Of a stretch of 64,000 nt of DNA, positions 1 to 9,680 are shown piece after piece. The position numbers and the translations under genes were made by a program. The stretch comes from Oligoflexales bacterium (lineage in GTDB: Bacteria > Bdellovibrionota_B > Oligoflexia > Oligoflexales > Bog-1112): assembly GCA_045105515.1 (NCBI GenBank), contig JBGCDR010000074.1, forward strand, positions 409-64,408. The letters are read 5' to 3'. The notes under the pieces were generated by a model. The model was not told the origin of the DNA and made no database searches. It saw nothing but the letters and a program-made list of their open reading frames with translations. How positions within the stretch are numbered: position 1 is the stretch's first letter; every line of letters starts with the position of its first letter.

Positions 1-293
1 CCTGCTACTTCAATAACCAGATAATCTTTATCTACATATTTTTCAAAGTCTATATCTTCTTTGATACTGCAGACAACGTCAACATGGTCTTCACCCATAA
101 GCCCTGGTTCTTCGCTGCAAAATAGATGTGACCCAGATATTACTGCAGGTCTTTCAGCTACGATATCTTCTTTATCATCGATAGCATCTGCAGAGTTTGC
201 CTCTGTTCGTTTTGATTTTGACTCAGGATCACCACAAGCTGTCGAAATAGCCAGTGAGAACACAAGCGAGCCCAAAACTTTACTTTTAGTCAC
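1..293 (-). CDS. Putative lipoprotein, N-terminal part only (gene runs off the left edge)
   Basis: The minus-strand frame is open from a GTG at 293-291 to base 1, with GAAGAGG Shine-Dalgarno about 5 nt upstream. The product starts VTKSKVLGSLVFSLAISTAC-GDPESK, a signal peptide plus lipobox-like Cys. It is absent from the ORF track because it is truncated; the listed 61..336 plus-strand ORF is its antisense shadow. Confidence 0.45.
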   Translation of the reverse strand, partial: MTKSKVLGSLVFSLAISTACGDPESKSKRTEANSADAIDDKEDIVAERPAVISGSHLFCSEEPGLMGEDHVDVVCSIKEDIDFEKYVDKDYLVIEVA

Positions 294-473
294 ATCGACC
301 TCTTCTTTGTCTGTTTTTGAGAGTAGTTATCAATAAAAAAGCGGTTAAACCGACTTCTCTAACTAACCATACGGAAAATACCGAGGCAAAATTAAACCTA
401 TATGAATATACTCTTAATTTTGGGCATATATAGCCCAATTTTCACCACTTCGATAGCAAATCAGTCACTCTAT

Positions 474-3400
474 TTAAGCCGAAAATGATACCAAGCAACC
501 ATTTTCAAGCTCGATAATCTTATGACAAGATTCTAATGTACTCTGTCGGTGAGCAATAATAAGCATGGTCTTATTTACACATGATTCTTCAATAGTCCTC
601 TTAATTCGATAATCAGTTTGTTCGTCTACACTAGCTGTAGCTTCATCTAAAATAATTATTGGACTATCAATCAATATCCCTCTTGCCAAACATAGTAGCT
701 GCTTTTCTCCCACACTAAAATTATCTCCATTTTCTGAAACCTCAGCATTTAATCCTCCCCGATCATTAATAATGTCAAATAAAAATGTATTTTTTAAGCT
801 TTCTAAAATTGATTCGTTTGAAAATTTTTTTTGTGGATCTAAATTGCTTCGTATATTACCTGAAAATAAAATAGGATTCTGTGGAACAACAGCTATTGAA
901 GATCTTAAGTTATCTAGAGTAAAATCGAAAATATTTATACCATCGAGAAGAATTTGACCTATCATAGACGGGACCATTCGTAAGAGAGTTTTAATTAGCG
1001 TTGTTTTACCTGCACCAGACCTTCCCCTAATTCCTATTTTCTCGCCGCATGAAATCTTCAGGCTTATGTTTTTTATCGCTTCAAAGCTTCCTGCTTCATA
1101 AGATACGGAAACGTCTTGAAATTCAATTTTTCCCTTGTAAAAAAATCTTGAGCTGTTTCTTGACAAAGTGCCATCATCTTTTTCTTGCTCAAGAAAACTA
1201 AAAGACTGAAGCCTTTCAACCGCAATTAAATGAGCTTCTGACTCACTAAATGAGCGGGCAAAACGATTAAAATGCTCCCATAAATATAGGGTATAACTTA
1301 AGACAACCCCTGCTGTACCAACTTCAAGTTCCTGCTTACTAGCAGCATACATCAACCTCAGTATAACTCCAAAAGTGAGTAAGCTGCTCAACAAGGGTAT
1401 TCTGATAGAAAGCCATCTATTTAGCAATATCATGCCATGGAAGGCCTTCTGCCAATTGCGTTGAGTTTCATAGAATTTTTCTCTAAAAAATTGTTCGCAC
1501 CCAAAAGCTCGAATTACTGTAAGACCTTCCAGCATTTCCTTAAACTGTGCCAACCTAGGGGATTTGTGAATAGAAGCGAGTATCTTCACATCTCTAGCTT
1601 TCTTACGAAAAACTTTTTGGATGCTACAATAAACGTAAATAACGGGTAAAAGTAAAAAAATAATATCAGGAATAACACAAATTAAGATCCCAAGAGTTGT
1701 AGTAATTGAAATCCCTGCTCGGATCAACAACTCGAATGACCAAGGTAATTTTTTCTCAACAATGTCACAATCATGAGAAAATCGATTCAAAATTTTACCA
1801 ATTGGATTGCAATCGAAGAAATGTGAAGAACTCCCTAAGAGGCCAGATAACGCATTCTCATGCAAAATTTTTCCGGCATGCAAAGATCTTTGGGACCAAA
1901 AACGATGATGAAAAAAATACAAACCAATAAATACTAAGCTCATTATTCCATAAACCATCACCTCTGATATCACAGTTGATTTAAGCGGTATCAATACTTG
2001 TTCAATCAAAGTAAAACCAGCAGGGGATGTGGTATCTGAACTCCAAACAGACAACCATGAATTTAAGATAAGTGGCATTATTGAGACTAAAAAGCTGCTT
2101 AATATAAGGCATAAAAGTATTAAATAGCGACCAGTCATAACTGATGATGTCATCGCTTTTATATACTCCCAGTAAGCTCCAGATTTCACTCGATCATATT
2201 CATATATAGGTTTATCAGTGGCTTTTAACGGCCCGGTAACTGGCGTTTTTCCTTCGCCTCGCTGTCTAAGATCTGCCTCCTGCGGTAGTTGAATAGAACC
2301 GTTAAATTGACATGTTTTCTCATATAATTGTTGAAAACCGGAACTTTTCAACAAGAGGTCTTGCAAGCTACCCTCTGCTGCCAGCTCACCCTTTTCCAAA
2401 TAAATGATTCGATCAAATTTTTCTATGTGCTGTAATCGCTGGGTTGCTACTATGCGGGTCTTATTTTTCCATAAACCACAAATCAAATAGTCGATAATCT
2501 GCAGTTCTGTTTGCATGTCGACAGCAGAAAAGGGATCGTCTAATATGACTAAAGGAGCATCGTGAAATGCGGCTCTCACGAGGTTTAAACGTTGATTCTG
2601 TCCGCCAGATAGCTTTAATCCTTGTTGTCCAATGTGGGTATTTAAACCTGATTCCAACTGATCTATGTCTTTATCTATGTCGCATAAAATAAGGTACTTT
2701 TTTATCTCTTTTTCAACTTTCCCAAAGCAAATATTGTCGACTATACTAAGGTTACATATAAATGGATTTTGCCCAGACCACAAAATCCTAGGAAACGAAT
2801 TAGACAAGCCAAGTCCGAAGCTTAAATTCCCTTTCAGGACGCACATCTCCCCAAGCAAAGCCTGCAAGAATGCACTTTTTCCACTCCCTACTAGCCCTAC
2901 AACAGCTACATTTTCACCAGACTTAATTTTCAGATTTAAATTTCTGAGAACAGCTGGCCCTTTATTACTATAAGCACACGAAAAATTAGTTAATTCAAGA
3001 CCCGAAATTTGCTCCTGAAAATAAGAAGACCTTGGATTCTTATTATTATCAGCATTCAAAAATTTTTGTATTCGACTTGCAGCTACTCTACTTACAGATA
3101 TTTGTGCGATTAACTCTGTAAAATTTGAAAAAGATTGCTCCATGATCTTAAACAAAGCTAAGGATGCAAAAACTTTGGAAGGCGCTAGTTGATTCCCAGA
3201 ATATGCGTAAAGACCAAACCCAGCAAAACTGATGAAAATACTGATGCCGCTATACATAAATCTTGATATGCTTTCAAAAAAATTTATACGGTCAATAATA
3301 TTGATTTCTTGATTGCGTAGATCTTTAACTAAAAGTTTAATATATGATTCCCAGCGAAAGCATTTTATCACCATAATTCCATTTACTATTTGTGTAATTA

Positions 3401-4151
3401 ATCCCACCCGCTTGTCTCGGACCTGCATCTTGGCATAGTCATCTCGAATCAAATTTTGTCCTAGCAATTTACTTACTGGAACCAATAATAACAAAATGAA
3501 ACTTGCTATAACACCAGCCCAACCGAGAAAATATGAGAGGGAAATGGTTGCAAAAATTGCTAGAATTACTGAGTAGCTAAGCTCTACCACTACCCATAAA
3601 AAATCAGCTACAGCCTCACTATCAGATCCCAAATTGTTAACCATTGAGCCTAAAGAGCGTTTTTTTTGCTCACTAACACTAATTTGAAGAGCTTTGTCAT
3701 AAATTCGACTATTTAATCCATTGATGCATGCCTGTACTCCCATTAATCCATAGTAGTAATAGTGTTGGTTAGCTAAAGCTTGTAGAGTACTATTTAGAGC
3801 AAAAAAAAATGCCATCGTTACACCCCACATAAAGTTCATGGAGCCGCTTGCAACACCCTCAAAAGTACCAAGAATATGAAATATAAGCTGTGGAGAAATA
3901 AGGTCAAATATTAGCATTAATACAGCACAAAGACTCATACCCAATGCTTGATGAAAAACACCTCTAATACAGCTAAATAAAAAGGCCCAGTCCGAAGCAA
4001 GAGGTAAATTTTTGAATCCTATTCCAATATAGTGAGGGTCTAAACTAGTCGGAAGCTCGGGCAGATCTAAAATTTTGGTAGGTTTAGAGGTATTTTGACT
4101 AAGGAAGAAGCCTACATCTACAAAAAACACCTTTCTTAAAGCTGCTAGCAT
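474..4151 (-). CDS. Full-length ABC exporter of ABCC/MRP type (TMD-NBD-TMD-NBD in one chain)
   Basis: 1225-aa ORF. Walker A motifs are GLVGSGKS and GRSGAGKT. Signature motifs are LSGGQNQRLNLVRAAF and FSVGEKQLLCLARGIL. Walker B motifs are LVILDDPFSAVD and IIILDEATASVD. The TMD1 block GSMVNNLGSDSEAVADF...RDKRVGLITQIVNGIMVIKCFRWE resembles the MRP/ABCC family as I recall it. The ATG overlaps the clpA stop (TAATG, 4149-4153). Confidence 0.85.
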   Translation of the reverse strand: MLAALRKVFFVDVGFFLSQNTSKPTKILDLPELPTSLDPHYIGIGFKNLPLASDWAFLFSCIRGVFHQALGMSLCAVLMLIFDLISPQLIFHILGTFEGVASGSMNFMWGVTMAFFFALNSTLQALANQHYYYYGLMGVQACINGLNSRIYDKALQISVSEQKKRSLGSMVNNLGSDSEAVADFLWVVVELSYSVILAIFATISLSYFLGWAGVIASFILLLLVPVSKLLGQNLIRDDYAKMQVRDKRVGLITQIVNGIMVIKCFRWESYIKLLVKDLRNQEINIIDRINFFESISRFMYSGISIFISFAGFGLYAYSGNQLAPSKVFASLALFKIMEQSFSNFTELIAQISVSRVAASRIQKFLNADNNKNPRSSYFQEQISGLELTNFSCAYSNKGPAVLRNLNLKIKSGENVAVVGLVGSGKSAFLQALLGEMCVLKGNLSFGLGLSNSFPRILWSGQNPFICNLSIVDNICFGKVEKEIKKYLILCDIDKDIDQLESGLNTHIGQQGLKLSGGQNQRLNLVRAAFHDAPLVILDDPFSAVDMQTELQIIDYLICGLWKNKTRIVATQRLQHIEKFDRIIYLEKGELAAEGSLQDLLLKSSGFQQLYEKTCQFNGSIQLPQEADLRQRGEGKTPVTGPLKATDKPIYEYDRVKSGAYWEYIKAMTSSVMTGRYLILLCLILSSFLVSIMPLILNSWLSVWSSDTTSPAGFTLIEQVLIPLKSTVISEVMVYGIMSLVFIGLYFFHHRFWSQRSLHAGKILHENALSGLLGSSSHFFDCNPIGKILNRFSHDCDIVEKKLPWSFELLIRAGISITTTLGILICVIPDIIFLLLPVIYVYCSIQKVFRKKARDVKILASIHKSPRLAQFKEMLEGLTVIRAFGCEQFFREKFYETQRNWQKAFHGMILLNRWLSIRIPLLSSLLTFGVILRLMYAASKQELEVGTAGVVLSYTLYLWEHFNRFARSFSESEAHLIAVERLQSFSFLEQEKDDGTLSRNSSRFFYKGKIEFQDVSVSYEAGSFEAIKNISLKISCGEKIGIRGRSGAGKTTLIKTLLRMVPSMIGQILLDGINIFDFTLDNLRSSIAVVPQNPILFSGNIRSNLDPQKKFSNESILESLKNTFLFDIINDRGGLNAEVSENGDNFSVGEKQLLCLARGILIDSPIIILDEATASVDEQTDYRIKRTIEESCVNKTMLIIAHRQSTLESCHKIIELENGCLVSFSA

Positions 4152-6487
4152 TACTTATTATATTTGAACTCTAGTTTACTTTCCTTCTTATTCAAATCGA
4201 CTTTTACCCGACCCCCTTTACTAAGTTTACCAAACAACAATTGGCTTGAGATCTCTTGTTTTATTTTTTCGTCGATCACTCGAGTAAGAGGCCTAGCTCC
4301 ATAAGCAGGATCATAACCCTCTTTTGCAAGATATTTTCTTGCTTCAAGAGTAATTTCTACAGTCACACGTTTTGCTTTTAATTTAATTTCAATTTCAGAT
4401 AGAAATTTGTCCACTATCTTCAGCATAACCTTTTCGGCGAGAGGATTAAACGAAACAATACCATCTAAACGGTTACGAAATTCCGGAGTAAAAGCTCCCT
4501 TAATTGCCCCATGCTCTCGACCTACATCTGCTTGATCATCACCAAAACCTATGCCTTTTTTCGACAATTCGGCAGCTCCAACATTTGTAGTCATAATTAT
4601 AATAACATTTTGAAAATCAGTCTGACGACCATTACTATCTGTTAAAGTTCCATGATCCATAACCTGCAACAAAATATTATGCACATCGGGATGAGCTTTT
4701 TCTATCTCATCCAGCAACAGAACCGTGTAGGGATTTTTATTGATAGCATCTGTCAACAACCCACCTTCATCATACCCAACATAGCCAGGAGGAGCTCCAA
4801 TTAAGCGAGATACAGCATGTCTTTCCATGTATTCGGACATATCAAAACGCACAAAGTTGATACCCATGATATGAGCCAACTGTTTTGCAAGTTCAGTTTT
4901 GCCAACGCCTGTTGGACCGGAAAACAAAAAGCTACCAATTGGTTTATCTTCCTTTCCCAAACCAGAACGCGACATCCTAATAACTCGCTCTAGCGCATCA
5001 ACAGCCTTGTCTTGGCCAAAAATAGCTTTTTTAAGACTCTCCCCCAAATTCTTTAAGCTTTGTCTATCTGAACTCGATAATCTCTGCTCAGGAATCCTCG
5101 CAATTTTTGCCACAACCCCTTTAATATCTGCAAGACCTACTAGGTTTTTTTCAGGATTAGAAACATCCCTTCCACTCGCCTTCCAAGCTGCTCCAGCTTC
5201 ATCAATGATATCAATGGCTTTATCTGGCAAGCGTCGATCCTTCAAATGAACATGAGAAAGCTCTACAGCAGCCTTTATTGCATCACTTGAGTAGCGGACC
5301 CCATGATACTGTTCATACTTAGGTTTTAAACCTTTCAAAATTTTTATAGTAGATGCCACACTTGGTTCATCCACTCCAATTTTTTGAAAACGCCTACTCA
5401 TCGCATGATCATTTTCGATATGTTGTCGATACTCTTTGTAAGTTGTGGAGCCAATACATCGAACTTCACCATTGGAGAGAAAAGGCTTCAAAATATTCGA
5501 CGCATCAAGAGATCCGCCACTCACAGCTCCTGCACCCATAATAGTATGGATTTCATCAATAAAAAGAATTGAGTGTTCCTGATTTTGCAACTCTTTAATT
5601 AGTCCTTTCAGTCGCTGTTCAAAATCTCCCCGGAATTTGGTGCCAGCCAATAGAGTTCCCATCTCAAGTGAATATATCTTGGACAGCTTTAGAAACTCCG
5701 GAACCGTCCCACTAACAATCTTTAAAGCGAGGCCCTCTGCTATAGCAGTTTTTCCAACACCAGAGTCACCAACCAGTAAAGGGTTATTTTTACGCCGCCG
5801 ACAAAGAACTTGGATGGTACGCTCAATCTCATGCTCTCGGCCAATTAATGGGTCAATCTTTCCAAGGTTCGCTCTTTTACATAAATCAACAGTATATTGC
5901 TCAAGAAGACCTTTCTTTTTTTTCTCAGTCCCGGAAGATGACTTACCACTTGCTTTGTCATCTGATTGCTCATCAGGTTCACTACCTGATGCCAAGCGAG
6001 CAATTTCTCTTCCATGGTGGTCTGTTTCAGACTCTAGTACACTAGGGTCAATCCCTTCTTTTATCGAGCCATGGGAGACAAAATTAACGAGGTCATATCT
6101 AGTAACACCTTGTTTTTCGAGAAAATAAATGGCATGAGACTCTTTTTCAGAGAACATAGCAATAAGTAGGTTATCACCAAAAATTTTATCTTTCCCTGCT
6201 GAAATAACATGCTGGGCAGCAACTTGAAGCACTCGTTGGAAAGCTAAGGTTGGCTGGGGAGTCCCTTTTTTGCGTTTAAGGAGTGCTTCAATTTTTTTCT
6301 CGAAGAAGGAATCTAAGTCTTCTCTAATTTCCTCAACACTACCCCCACACGCTAGGATAGACTTTCGTGCTTCTGGATTATCAAGGAGTGCAAATAAAAT
6401 GTGCTCAATGCTGACATACTCATGATGCTTCTTCTGTGCAACCTGGACAGCTATATTCAAACTAACTTCTAAGCTATGACTAATCAT
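4151..6487 (-). CDS. clpA: ATP-dependent Clp protease ATP-binding subunit ClpA
   Basis: Two AAA+ modules are present (GDSGVGKTAIAEGLA and FSGPTGVGKTELAKQLA). The N-domain MISHSLEVSLNIAVQVAQKKHHEYVSIEHILFALL matches the ClpA N-terminus. ATG 6487 (GAGG 5 nt upstream) is preferred over the ORF-track GTG at 6493. Confidence 0.93.
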   Translation of the reverse strand: MISHSLEVSLNIAVQVAQKKHHEYVSIEHILFALLDNPEARKSILACGGSVEEIREDLDSFFEKKIEALLKRKKGTPQPTLAFQRVLQVAAQHVISAGKDKIFGDNLLIAMFSEKESHAIYFLEKQGVTRYDLVNFVSHGSIKEGIDPSVLESETDHHGREIARLASGSEPDEQSDDKASGKSSSGTEKKKKGLLEQYTVDLCKRANLGKIDPLIGREHEIERTIQVLCRRRKNNPLLVGDSGVGKTAIAEGLALKIVSGTVPEFLKLSKIYSLEMGTLLAGTKFRGDFEQRLKGLIKELQNQEHSILFIDEIHTIMGAGAVSGGSLDASNILKPFLSNGEVRCIGSTTYKEYRQHIENDHAMSRRFQKIGVDEPSVASTIKILKGLKPKYEQYHGVRYSSDAIKAAVELSHVHLKDRRLPDKAIDIIDEAGAAWKASGRDVSNPEKNLVGLADIKGVVAKIARIPEQRLSSSDRQSLKNLGESLKKAIFGQDKAVDALERVIRMSRSGLGKEDKPIGSFLFSGPTGVGKTELAKQLAHIMGINFVRFDMSEYMERHAVSRLIGAPPGYVGYDEGGLLTDAINKNPYTVLLLDEIEKAHPDVHNILLQVMDHGTLTDSNGRQTDFQNVIIIMTTNVGAAELSKKGIGFGDDQADVGREHGAIKGAFTPEFRNRLDGIVSFNPLAEKVMLKIVDKFLSEIEIKLKAKRVTVEITLEARKYLAKEGYDPAYGARPLTRVIDEKIKQEISSQLLFGKLSKGGRVKVDLNKKESKLEFKYNK

Positions 6488-6535
6488 TCTCACCTCGAAT
6501 ATGTTTTGGTGAACAGGACGAGATTCATAGCTATT

Positions 6536-6895
6536 CTAGTCTTTTTCCATTGAACACTTCAATGGATACTCATGTTCTCTCGCACTGTCAGTTACAATAG
6601 CAACCTTAGTTTCTGCAATCTCATATGGGTATGCACCACACAAACCTAAGCCTTTGTGATGCACATCAAGCATAATCTTATTTGCTCTTACACTATCAAA
6701 ATTAAAAACTGTCTCCAGAACGCCTACCACAAAGTCCATCGGAGTATAGTCATCATTATGCAGGTATACCTTGTACAGGGAAGGCTCTTTCACCTCGGTC
6801 TTAGATCGAGATATGACCGCTGTACCTGACCCAGGCCCTTCCCCTTGTTCTGATTCATTGCTTACCCGCACTTCTCCTTTAAACTGTAGCTCCAA
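6536..6895 (-). CDS. clpS: Clp protease adaptor protein ClpS
   Basis: The core YKVYLHNDDYTPMDFVVGVLETVF...IMLDVHHKGLGLCGAYPYEIAETK is the ClpS signature. TTG start with AGGGAG SD 6 nt upstream. It lies immediately upstream of clpA, the conserved pairing. Confidence 0.88.
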   Translation of the reverse strand: MELQFKGEVRVSNESEQGEGPGSGTAVISRSKTEVKEPSLYKVYLHNDDYTPMDFVVGVLETVFNFDSVRANKIMLDVHHKGLGLCGAYPYEIAETKVAIVTDSAREHEYPLKCSMEKD

Positions 6896-7005
6896 TGAAT
6901 TCTCCCTACGAAAAAATCGATCCTCGTACTATGTACCTTACACCTATAAGTTCACATATAGCACTGTCAAGTATACCAACCCCAAAAATTCATTCAATAC
7001 GCTCA

Positions 7006-7671
7006 TTATTCTAGCCAAATTACGACCCTTCGATTACTCGCTCTAGCCAGTTTAAGAGGCTTGCCTTCTAATCCAGCATATGGCACTTTTGGCCTTGTAT
7101 GGGCATAAGCTGTCACCGACAATCGTTTGGCAGGTACTCCCATCCGTTGCAACTCTTTCATAATGCTAAATCCACGATCTGCACTCAGTTCCCAATTGTA
7201 AAATTTAGCCCCACGAAAAGGCACATCATCAGTATGTCCCTCAATATTTATTTGATAATCAGAATTAACCTTAGCAATAACCTTCATAACCTCTCGTACT
7301 GTTTTTATACTTTTCTTCTTTAAACCAGATGAACCAGCTTTAAACATCATTCCATCTTTAAATTCGATATGTAAGCCATCAGCGTCATGAGTTACGGATG
7401 CGGTTTTTTGAAGTTTTTTCTCCTTAATGATTCTATTGAGTTGCTTTGCAATTGACTTAACACTATCGGTTTTCTTAATTTTTTTTTCTGCAATTATCCC
7501 TTCTTTGATATGCTTAAACTTTTCTTTGTTGGGCTTCATAGTTGAAATCATAAGTACGAAAAAACAAAGAAGTACTAATGACATATCCGAAAAAGACATA
7601 AGCCATAATGCTTCACTTTTTTTGGGGTTTTTATTTTTTGGCTCTTCAGGACCTTTAGAGGATTCAGTCAT
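7006..7671 (-). CDS. motB: MotB-like stator protein with OmpA-type peptidoglycan-binding domain
   Basis: The N-terminal TM with conserved Asp (ALWLMSFSDMSLVLLCFFVLM) is typical of MotB. The C-terminal OmpA-like block is INIEGHTDDVPF...NWELSADRGFSIMKEL...NRRVVIWLE. There is a 4-nt ATGA overlap with the upstream motA-like gene. Confidence 0.8.
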   Translation of the reverse strand: MTESSKGPEEPKNKNPKKSEALWLMSFSDMSLVLLCFFVLMISTMKPNKEKFKHIKEGIIAEKKIKKTDSVKSIAKQLNRIIKEKKLQKTASVTHDADGLHIEFKDGMMFKAGSSGLKKKSIKTVREVMKVIAKVNSDYQINIEGHTDDVPFRGAKFYNWELSADRGFSIMKELQRMGVPAKRLSVTAYAHTRPKVPYAGLEGKPLKLARASNRRVVIWLE

Positions 7672-8453
7672 TTTCCAACTTTCCTAGGAGAAGTTTTCGA
7701 GTTTTGACTTACATCTTTCTTTCCATAAGTTTTCATTATGTCTTTCAAATGAACGCTCGATTTTTTTCCCTTCAAAGCCAAAACACCTTCCATGGTGAGT
7801 AAATCAAGTTCATATATTTTTTCTGCTTCTATAGCTATTTTTTCTCCAAAAGGAGCATATAGGATTGTTCCTAGCAACAATCCATACAATGTAGTGATTA
7901 AGGCGAGAGCCATACCTGCGCCAATTGTTGCTGGATCTGATATTTTCGACATCATTGCTATGAGACCAAGTAAAGTTCCAATCATACCAACTCCAGGAGA
8001 AACTTTTGACATGTTCTCAAATAAATTGCTTGCTAAAGACATTTGTGCCTGCCTTGCATTGATCTTTGCATGCAAGTTATGCTTAATTTCTTCAGGGGTA
8101 AAATTATTAATGATAAGGGAGACACCATCTCTGAGGAGGTCATAAGTTAAGTGCCTACGTTCTTTAACTAAAGCGCCAATACCATCAGCTCGTACCCGTG
8201 CTGAACACATTGTTAAAGAGTTGATGACCGCATTTTGCTTCCTAGTAGTATTCTGAAAAGTCGATTGCAATAATATTTTTATTCCTGTGAAAAAATCAGA
8301 TATTGTGTGTGATAAAAGCATAATACTGGGAGGCAGTAAACCAAGCAAAACCATTGAAGGAACATCAAAATAGCCTGAAAAACCTTTTGACTCATAAGTA
8401 AATATGAAATAGAGTCCATAGAATATGCCAGCGATACCAATTAGAAAGGACAT
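7668..8453 (-). CDS. motA: MotA-like proton-channel stator protein (MotA/TolQ/ExbB family)
   Basis: The C-terminal channel block PGVGMIGTLLGLIAMM...DPATIGAGMALALITTLYGLLLGTILYAPFGEKI is MotA-like. The internal ATG at 8453 has a strong AAGGAGG 5 nt upstream, so the ORF-track start at 8495 is probably too long. Confidence 0.8.
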   Translation of the reverse strand: MSFLIGIAGIFYGLYFIFTYESKGFSGYFDVPSMVLLGLLPPSIMLLSHTISDFFTGIKILLQSTFQNTTRKQNAVINSLTMCSARVRADGIGALVKERRHLTYDLLRDGVSLIINNFTPEEIKHNLHAKINARQAQMSLASNLFENMSKVSPGVGMIGTLLGLIAMMSKISDPATIGAGMALALITTLYGLLLGTILYAPFGEKIAIEAEKIYELDLLTMEGVLALKGKKSSVHLKDIMKTYGKKDVSQNSKTSPRKVGK

Positions 8454-8774
8454 CAGGTCCTCCTTAAAAACAATCATCAGAGCAGAAATTGTCATGTTTA
8501 TTTTAAAGCACCGACTTAGTATTGGTCATTAGGTACAATGTTCCTAGAGCTCTAAAGAAGGAGTAAATTTTTTCTCTATAATTTAGGAAAATATTTTTGC
8601 TTATTTAGAAACACTACATTGACTAGATATCAAATAATTGTTAAATCTTAGAGATAAACAATTTAGGCAAAACACGCCAAACAGAAAATATTGGACCAAT
8701 TTTTAAACTTGCCTCTCACAAGCTCGGTTTAAATCTTGATGGATTGAACCAACTCTACCTAAGGAGAATCAATT

Positions 8775-9674
8775 GTGAAGAAAGAAGCTGAGTTAAAATA
8801 CCCATACTCTGCCAACTTGTTCAAGTTCTGTCGAAGAGTATTGGATCACAAATATGGCGGAATTCGTGTTATTGACCAAGACGTAGGTCAGATTTTAGGC
8901 TTTGATCCAGCTGATTGTAGCCATTGGAAAAAAGGTAAAAAGAACATTCGTTCCATACAAGCTATGAAAAATATTGCCGATCATTTGGGTGTGGATGAAA
9001 AGCTGGTTGTCGACGTTGCATCAGGAGAAATGTCCGATATAGAAGCCTATTTCGAATTTACTGGCTATGGTTCTTTTGACATAGATGGAAAAGTCCTTGA
9101 ATCAGCAAAAAAAGAATACTACCGCAAACATGCTGGCACTTGGTCAAAAGAAAAAGAATATGATTTTAAGCAGTTCTTCAAAGTTGATGAAAGCGTGATT
9201 AAAAAAAAGGTAGAAGAAATTCACCAAACAATTAATTTCCAAGAGTCGCCTCTTTACCTTCCAGAAATCGTATCTCATTACCCGGAAATAAACCTAAAAC
9301 CCCAAACAGATTGGGATGAAGAAATTTCTATACAACCGCTACAAGCCTACTGGGAGAGCAATAAATTCATTGTTGCCTACAAATCAGGGCTCGAACTACG
9401 CCCTTTTATGCGTTTTAAGATAGCAAAGTCTCTAGCTACCTTTTTCCTCCCAAGAAAAGAATCTAACTTCGAAGACTTAAAACCTTATGTAAAACATTTA
9501 TTCGACGTAGAGAGCAACATATTTGCTTGCCACTTGCTAGCACCAAAATTGTTAATCCAACAAGAAATAAAACAAATTGATGTTGCTAAAGACCTCATTG
9601 TCCAACTTGCAGAAACTTTTTGGGTATCAAAATCATTTATAAACTTAAGACTCAAAGAAATTTTGCAAGAATAA
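8775..9674 (+). CDS. XRE-type HTH protein fused to a degenerate ImmA/IrrE (peptidase M78)-like domain
   Basis: GTG start with AAGGAG 8 nt upstream. The N-terminal segment DQDVGQILGFDPADCSHWKKGKKNIRSIQAMKNIADHLGV looks like an XRE HTH. The C-terminal layout RFKIAKSLATFFL ... ESNIFACHLLAPKLL ... LAETFWVSKSFINLRL follows the M78 pattern, but the HExxH position reads AKSLA. Confidence 0.5.
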   Translation: MKKEAELKYPYSANLFKFCRRVLDHKYGGIRVIDQDVGQILGFDPADCSHWKKGKKNIRSIQAMKNIADHLGVDEKLVVDVASGEMSDIEAYFEFTGYGSFDIDGKVLESAKKEYYRKHAGTWSKEKEYDFKQFFKVDESVIKKKVEEIHQTINFQESPLYLPEIVSHYPEINLKPQTDWDEEISIQPLQAYWESNKFIVAYKSGLELRPFMRFKIAKSLATFFLPRKESNFEDLKPYVKHLFDVESNIFACHLLAPKLLIQQEIKQIDVAKDLIVQLAETFWVSKSFINLRLKEILQE

Positions 9675-9680
9675 AATTAT

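Noticed and set aside
61-336. 91-aa plus-strand ORF from the ORF track
   Set aside because: It has a TTG start, no SD and a low-complexity Ser/Thr-rich product. It lies exactly antisense to a better-supported truncated minus-strand lipoprotein gene (GTG at 293 with SD and signal peptide).
337-473. Weak hairpin (CGGT-taa-ACCG followed by T6 on the minus strand, about 346-360) as terminator of the clpS-clpA-ABC operon
   Set aside because: The stem is only 4-5 bp with a minimal loop, which is too weak to call a terminator with confidence.
7006-8453. MotA/MotB pair as the ZorA/ZorB core of a Zorya anti-phage system
   Set aside because: The MotA-like protein is only about 261 aa and lacks the long ZorA C-terminal tail. 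No ZorC/ZorD-like genes are adjacent, and the SNF2 protein RapA at 18.5 kb is a housekeeping orthologue 10 kb away.
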